Assembly (NCBI GenBank): GCA_964035545.1
Contig: OZ037765.1
Coordinates: forward strand, 15,374,795-15,438,794
Length of the DNA stretch: 64,000 nucleotides
Source: Bugula neritina
Taxonomy: Eukaryota > Animalia > Bryozoa
Direction of reading: 5' to 3'
Numbering within the stretch: position 1 is the first letter of the stretch; each line of letters begins with the position of its first letter. The translations under genes and the position numbers were made by a program. Of the stretch, positions 51,201 to 61,083 are shown piece after piece. A model generated the notes under the pieces. The model did no database searches and was not told where the DNA came from. It saw only the letters and a program-made list of their open reading frames with translations.

Positions 51201-54200
51201 CTGCAACATGCTGAACGATTCTGCAACATACTGAAATACACTGTAATATACTGAATTAAACTGCAACATACTGCAACATACTGAAATAAGCTGTAACATA
51301 TTGAAATACACTGCAACACATTGTAATATACTGCAACATACTGAATCATACGGCAACATACTGAAATATACTGCAACACATTGAAATATACTGCAACACA
51401 CCGAAATATGCTGTAGCAGACGGAAATACATTGCAGCACACTGAAGCGTACTGATACATACTGAAGCATACTGAAAAATACTTCAACATACTGAGATGTA
51501 CTGCAACGTACTGCAACATACTGAAACACACTGTAACATACTGAAATACACTGCACCACATTGAAACAAACTGCAACATACCTAAATATACTGCAACATA
51601 CCGAAATATATGGTAAACAACTGAAATATACTGCAAAAACACTGAAATATACTGTAACATACTGAAATACACTGTAACATACTGCAACATACTGCAACAT
51701 ACTGAAATACACTCTAACCTACTGAAATACACTGCAACACACTACAACATACTGAAATACACTGTAACATTATGAATTACACTGCAACACATTGAAATAT
51801 ACTGCAACATACCGAAATATATGGTAAACAACTGAAATATACTGCAAAAGTACTGAAATATACTGTAACATACTGAAATACACTGTAACATACTGAAATA
51901 CACTGCAACATACTACAACATATTGAAATACACTGCAACACCTTGAAATATACCGCAACATACTGAAATATGCTGTAGCACACTGAAATACGCTGCAACT
52001 CACTAAAATATAAAGTAATATAGAGAATTGTACTGTAAAATACTGAAATATACTGTAACATACTGAAATATACTGCAACATACTGCAACATACTGAAATA
52101 CACTGTAACATACTGAAATACACTGCAACATACTGCAACATACTGAAATACACTGGAACATTTTGAAATGCACTACAACACATTAAAATATACTGGAACA
52201 CACTGAAACATACAGCAACATACTGAAATATACTGCGACACATTGAGATATACTGCAACATACTGAAATATGCTGTAGTATGCTGAAATACACTGCAACA
52301 CACTGAGGTATACTGTAAAATACAGAAATATACTGTAACATACTGAAACATCTGTCAACATACTGAAATGTACTGCAACATGCTGAAATATACTGTAACG
52401 CACTGAAATATACTTGAAAGAACTGAAATACACTGTAACATATTGAAATACACTGCAACATACTACAACATATTGAAATACACTGCAACACATTGAAATA
52501 TACTGCAACACATTGAAATATACCGCAACATACTGAACTATGCTGTAGCACACTGAAATACACTGCAACTCACTGAAATATGGTGTAATATACAGAAATG
52601 TACTGTAGAATGCTGAAATATACTGTAACATACTGAAATATACTGTAACATACTGAAATATACTGCAACACACTGCAACATACTGAAATACACTGTAACA
52701 TACTGAAATACACTGCAACATACTACAACATATTGAAATACACTGTAACATACTGAAATATACTGCAACACACTGCAACATACTGAAATACACTGTACCA
52801 TACTGAAATACACTGCAACACACTGAAATATGGTGTAATATACAGAAATGTACTGTAGAATGCTGAAATATACTGTAACATACTGAAATATACTGCAACA
52901 TACTGCAACATTCTGAAATACACTGTAACATACTGAAATACACTGCAACATACTGAAATATACTGTAACACATTGAAAAAAACTGCAACATACTGAAATA
53001 TACTGTAACGCACTGAAATATACTTGAAAGAACTGAAATATACTGTAACATACTGAAATATATTGCAACATACTGCAACATACTGAAATACACTGTAATA
53101 TACTGAAATACACTGCAACATACTGAAATACTTTGAAATACACTGGAACATATTGAAATACCTTACAACACATTGAAATATACTGCAACACACTGAAACA
53201 TACAGCAACATACTGAAATATACTGCGACACATTAAGATATACTGCAACATAGTTAAATATAATGCAAGATACTGCAACATACTGAAATACACTGTAACA
53301 TACTGAAATATACTGCAACATACTGAAATATACTGTAACATACTGAAATATACTGCAACATACTGAAATACACTGTAACATACTGAAATATACTGCAACA
53401 TACTGCAACATACTGAAATACACTGTAACATACTGAAATACACTGCAACACACTACAACATACTGAAATACACTGTAACATTATGAATTACACTGCAACA
53501 CATTGAAATATACTGCAACATACCGAAATATATAGTAAACAACTGAAATATACTGCAAAAATACTGAAATATACTGTAACATACTGAAAGAAACTGCAAC
53601 ATACTGAAATACACTGTAACATACTGAAATACACTGTAACATACTGAAATACACTGCAACATACTACAACATATTGAAATACACTGCAACACATTGAAAT
53701 ATACCGCAACATACTGAAATATGCTGTAGCACACTGAAATACGCTGCAACTCACTAAAATATAAAGTAATATAGATAATTGTACTGTAAAATACTGAAAT
53801 ATACTGTAACATACTGAAATATACTGCAACATACTGCAACATGCTGAAATACACTGTAACATACTGAAATACACTGCAACATCTCGAAGTATATTGTAAA
53901 ATACGGACATGTACTGTTACATACTGAAACATACTGAAATATCTTGTAACATACTGAAATATACTGCAACATACTGAAATACACTGCAACACATTAAAAT
54001 ATACTGGAACACACTGAAACATACAGCAACATACTGAAATATACTGCGACACATTGAGATATACTGCGACATACTGAAATATGCTGTAGTATGCTGAAAT
54101 ACACTGCAACACACTGAAGTATACTGTAAAATACAGAAATATACTGTAACATACTGAATTATCTGTCAACATACTGAAATGTACTGCAACATGCTGAAAT

Positions 54201-56760
54201 ACGCTTTAACATATTGAAATACGCTCCAACACATTAAAAGATACTGCAACATACTGAAAGCTACGGCAACATACTGAAATATACTGCGACGCATTGAAAT
54301 ATACTGCAACATACTGAAATATGCTGTAGAATACTGAAATACACTGCAACACACTGAAGTATACTGTAATATACAGAACTGTACTGTAACATACTGAAAC
54401 ATACGTCAACGTACTGAAATATACTGCAACATGCTGAACGATTCTGCAACATACTGAAATACACTGTAATATACTGAATTAAACTGCAACATACTGCAAC
54501 ATACTGAAATAAGCTGTAACATATTGAAATACACTGCAACACATTGTAATATACTGCAACATACTGAATCATACGGCAACATACTGAAATATACTGCAAC
54601 ACATTGAAATATACTGCAACACACCGAAATATGCTGTAGCAGACGGAAATACATTGCAGCACACTGAAGCGTACTGATACATACTGAAGCATACTGGAAA
54701 ATACTTCAACATACTGAGATGTACTGCAACGTACTGCAACATACTGAAACACACTGTAACATACTGAAATACACTGCACCACATTGAAACAAACTGCAAC
54801 ATACCTAAATATACTGCAACATACCGAAATATATGGTAAACAACTGAAATATACTGCAAAAATACTGAAATATACTGTAACATACTGAAAGAAACTGCAA
54901 CATACTGAAATACACTGTAACATACTGAAATACACTGTAACATACTGCAACATACTACAACATACTGAAATACACTGTAACATTATGAATTACACTGCAA
55001 CATATTGAAATATTCTGCAACATACCGAAATATATGGTAAACAACTAAAATATACTGCAAAAATACTGAAATATACTGTAACATACTGAAATACACTGTA
55101 ACATACTGAAATATACTGCAGCACACTGCAACATACTGAAATACACTGTAACATACTGAAATACACTGCAACATACTACAACATATTGAAATACACTGCA
55201 ACACATTGAAATATACTGCAACACACTGAAACATACGGCAACACATTGAAATATACTGCAACACATTGAAATATACCGCAACATACTGAACTATGCTGTA
55301 GCACACTGAAATACACTGCAACTCACTGAAATATGGTGTAATATACAGAAATGTACTGTAGAATGCTGAAATATACTGTAACATACTGAAATATACTGCA
55401 ACATACTGCAACAGTCTGAAATACACTGTAACATACTGAAATACACTGCAACATACTGAAATATACTGTAACACATTGAAAAAAACTGCAACATACTGAA
55501 ATATACTGTAACGCACTGAAATATACTTGAAAGAACTGAAATATACTGTAACATACTGAAATATATTGCAACATACTGCAACACACTGAAATACACTGTA
55601 ACATACTGAAATACACTGCAACATACTGAAATACTTTGAAATACACTGGAACATATTGAAATACCTTACAACACATTGAAATATACTGCAACACACTGAA
55701 ACATACAGCAACATACTGAAATATACTGCGACACATTAAGATATACTGCAACATAGTTAAATATAATGCAAGATACTGCAACATACTGAAATACACTGTA
55801 ACATACTGAAATATACTGCAACATACTGAAATATACTGTAACATACTGAAATATACTGCAACATACTGAAATACACTGTAACATACTGAAATATACTGCA
55901 ACATACTGCAACATACTGAAATACACTGTAACATACTGAAATACACTGCAACACACTACAACATACTGAAATACACTGTAACATTATGAATTACACTGCA
56001 ACACATTGAAATATACTGCAACATACCGAAATATATAGTAAACAACTGAAATATACTGCAAAAATACTGAAATATACTGTAACATACTGAAAGAAACTGC
56101 AACATACTGAAATACACTGTAACATACTGAAATACACTGTAACATACTGAAATACACTGCAACATACTACAACATATTGAAATACACTGCAACACATTGA
56201 AATATACCGCAACATACTGAAATATGCTGTAGCACACTGAAATACGCTGCAACTCACTAAAATATAAAGTAATATAGATAATTGTACTGTAAAATACTGA
56301 AATATACTGTAACATACTGAAATATACTGCAACATACTGCAACATGCTGAAATACACTGTAACATACTGAAATACACTGCAACATCTCGAAGTATATTGT
56401 AAAATACGGACATGTACTGTTACATACTGAAACATACTGAAATATACTGTAACATACTGAAATATACTGCAACATACTGAAATACACTGCAACACATTAA
56501 AATATACTGGAACACACTGAAACATACAGCAACATACTGAAATATACTGCGACACATTGAGATATACTGCGACATACTGAAATATGCTGTAGTATGCTGA
56601 AATACACTGCAACACACTGAAGTATACTGTAAAATACAGAAATATACTGTAACATACTGAATTATCTGTCAACATACTGAAATGTACTGCAACATGCTGA
56701 AATACGCTTTAACATATTGAAATACGCTCCAACACATTAAAAGATACTGCAACATACTGA
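45235..56760. repeat. Two tandem copies of a 5726-bp higher-order unit of satellite A (sub-units 3223 + 2503 bp)
   Basis: A constant +5726 offset holds for 45257/50983, 46044/51770, 46447/52173, 47727/53453, 49257/54983 and 50230/55956. An internal sub-period runs 47727>50230 (2503) and 50230>53453 (3223). Confidence 0.9.
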
Positions 56761-58537
56761 AAGCTACGGCAACATACTGAAATATACTGCGACGCATTGA
56801 AATATACTGCAACATACTGAAATATGCTGTAGAATACTGAAATACACTGCAACACACTGAAGTATACTGTAATATACAGAACTGTACTGTAACATACTGA
56901 AACATACGTCAACGTACTGAAATATACTGCAACATGCTGAACGATTCTGCAACATACTGAAATACACTGTAATATACTGAATTAAACTGCAACATACTGC
57001 AACATACTGAAATAAGCTGTAACATATTGAAATACACTGCAACACATTGTAATATACTGCAACATACTGAATCATACGGCAACATACTGAAATATACTGC
57101 AACACATTGAAATATACTGCAACACACCGAAATATGCTGTAGCAGACGGAAATACATTGCAGCACACTGAAGCGTACTGATACATACTGAAGCATACTGG
57201 AAAATACTTCAACATACTGAGATGTACTGCAACGTACTGCAACATACTGAAACACACTGTAACATACTGAAATACACTGCACCACATTGAAACAAACTGC
57301 AACATACCTAAATATACTGCAACATACCGAAATATATGGTAAACAACTGAAATATACTGCAAAAATACTGAAATATACTGTAACATACTGAAAGAAACTG
57401 CAACATACTGAAATACACTGTAACATACTGAAATACACTGTAACATACTGCAACATACTGCAACATACTGAAATACACTGTAACATTATGAATTACACTG
57501 CAACACATTGAAATATTCTGCAACATACCGAAATATATGGTAAACAACTAAAATATACTGCAAAAATACTGAAATATACTGTAACATACTGAAATACACT
57601 GTAACATACTGAAATACACTGCAACATACTACAACATATTGAAATACACTGCAACACCTTGAAATATACCGCAACATACTGAAATATGCTGTAGCACACT
57701 TAAATACGCTGCAACTCACTAAAATATAAAGTAATATAGAGAATTGTACTGTAAAATACTGAAATATACTGTAACATACTGAAATATACTGCAACATACT
57801 GCAACATACTGAAATACACTGTAACATACTGAAATACACTGCAACATACTGCAACATACTGAAATACACTGGAACATTTTGAAATGCACTACAACACATT
57901 AAAATATACTGGAACACACTGAAACATACAGCAACATACTGAAATATACTGCGACACATTGAGATATACTGCAACATACTGAAATATGCTGTAGTATGCT
58001 GAAATACACTGCAACACACTGAGGTATACTGTAAAATACAGAAATATACTGTAACATACTGAAACATCTGTCAACATACTGAAATGTACTGCAACATGCT
58101 GAAATATATTGCAACATACTGAAATACACTGTAACATACTCAATTACACTGCAACAAACTGCAACATACTGAAATACGCTTTAACATATTGAAATACGCT
58201 CCAACACATTAAAAGATACTGCAACATACTGAAACATACGGCAACATACTGAAATATACTGCAACGCATTGAAATATACTGCAACATACTGAAATATGCT
58301 GTAGAATACTGAAATACACTGCAACACACTGAAGTATACTGTAATATACAGAACTGTACTGTAAAATACTGTAACATACGGCAACATACTGAAACACACC
58401 GCAACATACTGCAACATAGTGCAACATACTGAATTACACTGTAACATATTCAAATACACTGCAATACATATACATTTACTGCAACACACTGAAACATACT
58501 GCAACATACTGAGATATACTGCAACATATCGAAGTAT

Positions 58538-58636
58538 CACAGTTGGTTTAAGGTCATTACTTTCCAGATTCAGGCACTGCTTTATGTTATATATAAACGG
58601 TTTCCAGGAGATAGCTCGAACAGTTTTTGTCTCACA
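58538..58636 (+). repeat. Left terminal inverted repeat (bipartite)
   Basis: A 20-bp outer block, a 20-bp spacer (58558-58577), an inner 46-bp block TGCTTTATGTTATATATAAACGGTTTCCAGGAGATAGCTCGAACAG (58578-58623), then N8 and TCACA. Confidence 0.93.
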
Positions 58637-59433
58637 TTAATACATTTTACATGAAAAGATAGCTCTTGCATTCCTCTTTCATATACTTTTTTAATTTTTC
58701 AATAAAAAATTTTCTGAGAAAGTTGTTGCATAATAAGTAAAATTTTACACCCTCCATGTTCCACTGCTGTAGCACAGGGGATCCATTTTACAAAGTTTAA
58801 AAGTTAAACTTGACATTCCTTGATATGTTTTCTCTAATATACTTTCTTTGTTTTTTGAAATTCTGTTTATGCTCTTCACAATTTGGTAAAAACATACACC
58901 ATTTTTCAAGTTTCACTGCAATTTTCTAAATTCTTCATATGGTGGTTCTAGCTACGCTCCTGTGACTAATTATAACATTCCTAGTACGTTTGCCGCTCTG
59001 CGCTATCACAATAACATATAGTACCCTCTCGCACAAATTGGCAATCTATTGGATTTCTGCCAATATAATGTTCCCTGTTTTACTTTAGCACTCAGCTGAA
59101 TCATCTCACTAGTTACAATAATATATTGAAAATGCCTCAGCACAACACAATTCTTTGTTTGTTTGGCAGAGTTAATTTCAGCTAAATCACTTCACTTTAC
59201 AGTCTTGTCAGTAAAGGTCTGTCTATAGTGCAGCAGGTGCACTTTCAGTTTCTCTAATTCACATATAATTATTTTAAGTACATTGTATTCTATAAGATCA
59301 ATTTAAAGTTTAGTCCAGTGTTCAGTATCTAATTATTATGCATGTATGTTGTCTTACTGTTGAACAAAAGTTAAAAAAACTTTACAATTATAGCCATATT
59401 TATTATACATGCGTAGGATTTGCATAAGTTGAC

Positions 59434-59440
59434 AAAAAAA
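59434..59440 (-). terminator. T7 run, possible Pol III terminator for the tRNA-like unit
   Basis: A7 on the + strand lies 6 nt downstream of the 3' end of the tRNA-like sequence on the minus strand. Confidence 0.3.
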
Positions 59441-59446
59441 TTGCAA

Positions 59447-59513
59447 CAAAACAGGGTTGAACCATGACCACCCAACTCGTCACTGACGCCTCTAACCTCT
59501 GGACCACGCTTTT
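59447..59513 (-). pseudogene. Degenerate tRNA-like sequence or tRNA-derived SINE-head-like Pol III promoter
   Basis: The minus strand reads AAAAGCG TGGTCCAGAGG TTAGAGGCGTCAGTGACGAGTTGGGTGGTCAT GGTTCAACCC TGTTTTG. It has an A-box-like motif (59506-59496) and a B-box-like motif (59463-59454) at intron-less tRNA spacing. AAAAGCG/TGTTTTG can form 6 of 7 acceptor pairs. The D, anticodon and T stems are imperfect. Confidence 0.45.
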
Positions 59514-59550
59514 ATCTTTTATCTATATGAGTAACTATCATTACATAAAT

Positions 59551-59565
59551 ATTTCGCGCGCAAAT
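59551..59565 (+). promoter_or_regulatory. E2F-consensus-containing quasi-palindrome ATTTCGCGCGCAAAT
   Basis: It contains TTTCGCGC, a match to TTTSSCGC, and is the only (CG)3 run in an AT-rich element. Function is not demonstrated. Confidence 0.2.
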
Positions 59566-60470
59566 GGGTTATAATTATTAGGCTGTCAATTCATGTTGAT
59601 AGCAGTGAACTGTTGCAATAGTCTCGGGTTACTAGCAAAGCTAATGGTTTTGAACAAATAACCCAAAAGTTTAAAAATAAGTAGCTTGCATATTACTAGC
59701 TACAAAAACGGGTCTGAAATAGACTGGTAAAGCAAGCTCTTATTGTAGAGTTTGCAGATGTGCTCTAAAATAAAACTTAAACTGTATGCTATTACATAAG
59801 TATTTGTATGCGAGAGATAAATGGACATTACTGAGTTTCTGGAAAACAACATACTTGAAGTTAACTTTGACAATGGTGTGTTATTTTCATCATAGCTAGC
59901 CTATAGCATAAATCTCTAATCATATGAATCTTTATGAAGCCCACAGCTCATGTAAGGGTGGCAATGTAATTTGAAACGAACAATTATGTTGCTGCATTGT
60001 GTCTAAGGTATATTAGAGAGCAGAATTTGGTTTTACTAGCCTACCCCAACGGCATTCTACAATGCAGCTTATATGCTGGCAGTTGTAATAAGTACTGCCA
60101 ATAGCAAGGTTACTATCACTGCTAGCTCTGTGCAGTATGTAACCTCTTGAATAATTGCGCCAATTTTAAACTCTTGGAAGTTGGCCAAGTTATCATATCG
60201 CAACCAGCCACTGGAGACAAAGCATCAGAGCTATTCATATAATATTATACTGATGCACTTGGTAGCAAAGTGGCTAATCTAATATAGTTCATAGTTCAAC
60301 ACCCTTTACTTTGGGAATACAGCCTCTTTTTTTGGGTTTACCTAACAAAGCATGAAAATATCTAAACTAATATTCTGATAATTTAGAGGTACATTTTGAA
60401 AACTAGGTTAATTGCACTTGTTTGCACAACAATAATAAAATAGATATTATGCAGTATAATAAAAACACAC

Positions 60471-60516
60471 ATAATACTATATAATATATTATAATGATAA
60501 TAATATAATATTATAA
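60471..60516. repeat. AT-rich low-complexity tract (TAA/TATA)
   Basis: ATAATACTATATAATATATTATAATGATAATAATATAATATTATAA. Confidence 0.6.
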
Positions 60517-60976
60517 GTACCATTACTGCATTTTATAACTCACATGGTTGCCAAAAAAATGTATCACAAATGCTGTAATTATAAATCGAAAATAGAACTA
60601 GCTAGGCAGCAGGTTAGAATAGAGTAAATTTTTAAAACATGAAATCATGATTTGACTATTGTTTTATTTAGGCCAACCAACCTAGGAATACAATATTGGG
60701 TTTTAGCTGACAGTTTATAACAATTAGCTTTTGAGCCAGCAGCACTGGCACTTGTGAAGTATAGGCAAAGTTAGTGAAGCGAGACTAACGAGCATTCAAA
60801 TACAAGGCATATTGAGACGCAATAACAAGTCAGGAGCGTATAAATTGAAAAGAATGTGGAAGGGGGACTATGTTTTTCAACAAGCTATAACTTAAACATG
60901 AATTGGCTTTTGAAAAAAATAAAAAAGTATATTGGAGAACATAAGTTTCTTTATCTTTTCATATTTTTTTTGTTCC

Positions 60977-61083
60977 TGTGACATTCAACCTGTTCGAGCT
61001 ATCAGTGGAACATTGTTCATATAGAACATAAAGCACCTGGCAAAGAGCCAGAAAATGAAAAGTATGACCTTAAACCAACTGTG
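60977..61083 (-). repeat. Right terminal inverted repeat (bipartite)
   Basis: On the minus strand: an identical 20-bp outer block, a 28-bp spacer (61036-61063), and an inner block TGCTTTATGTTCTATATGAACAATGTTCCACTGATAGCTCGAACAG (61035-60990). The inner block has 36/46 ungapped identities to the left one, including perfect 11- and 14-bp runs. It is followed by N8 and TCACA. Confidence 0.93.

Larger units (their letters stand above)
1..58537. repeat. Satellite A: 10-bp monomer tandem array (ATACTGAAAT alternating with AYACTGYAAC; about 20-bp dimer) with higher-order structure; open at the left window edge
   Basis: Continuous 10-bp periodicity is visible on every line, with only occasional 1-2 nt register shifts in A-runs. 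The + strand is A/C-rich and G-poor, and orientation is constant. The array ends abruptly at ...CATATCGAAGTAT (58537). Confidence 0.99.
58538..61083. mobile_element. Non-autonomous cut-and-paste DNA transposon, 2546 bp, 5'-CAC...GTG-3' termini (Transib, Chapaev/CMC or RAG-like candidate; superfamily unresolved)
   Basis: The entire non-satellite segment starts with CACAGTTGGTTTAAGGTCAT (58538-58557) and ends with its perfect reverse complement ATGACCTTAAACCAACTGTG (61064-61083). Further inverted homology extends to about 100 bp. The track shows no ORF of 60 aa or more inside it, and there is no TSD. Confidence 0.88.

Noticed and set aside
1-58537. CRISPR array or other repeat-spacer system
   Set aside because: There are no unique spacers between constant repeats and no cas genes. 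The variation is point mutation of tandem monomers.
103-58540. All minus-strand ORFs in the supplied track as protein-coding genes
   Set aside because: They are translations of the 10-bp satellite, overlap in all three frames with the same peptide motifs, and have no domain content.
58572-58580. AGGCACTGC in the left TIR spacer resembles both satellite cores, suggesting the satellites derive from the element
   Set aside because: The matches are only 6-7 bp, they are not mirrored in the right TIR, and the element has no tandem subterminal repeats.
58622-58630. AGTTTTTGT, whose reverse complement ACAAAAACT is an 8/9 match to the RSS nonamer
   Set aside because: It is in the wrong orientation and at the wrong distance from the terminal CACAGTT. 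No heptamer lies 12 or 23 bp from it, and it is not conserved in the right TIR.
58419-58640. 73-aa + strand ORF
   Set aside because: It is a chance read-through from satellite A into the left TIR: half satellite translation, half TIR.
59447-59513. Functional tRNA gene
   Set aside because: The D and anticodon stems pair poorly and the T arm is about 4 nt short. It is reported only as a tRNA-like relic with no isotype assigned.
59036-60100. Short inverted repeats and CCAAT-like motifs (ATTGGCA..TGCCAAT near 59037-59064; CTTTAC..GTAAAG near 59195-59216; TGGCAGT..ACTGCCA near 60077-60100)
   Set aside because: Stems of 6-7 bp in AT-rich DNA are at chance level and have no supporting context.
58953-60840. 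Inverted 10-mer TACGCTCCTG (58953) / CAGGAGCGTA (60831) as a subterminal repeat
   Set aside because: It barely extends, the distances to the two ends differ, and a 10-bp inverted match is expected by chance in 2.5 kb.
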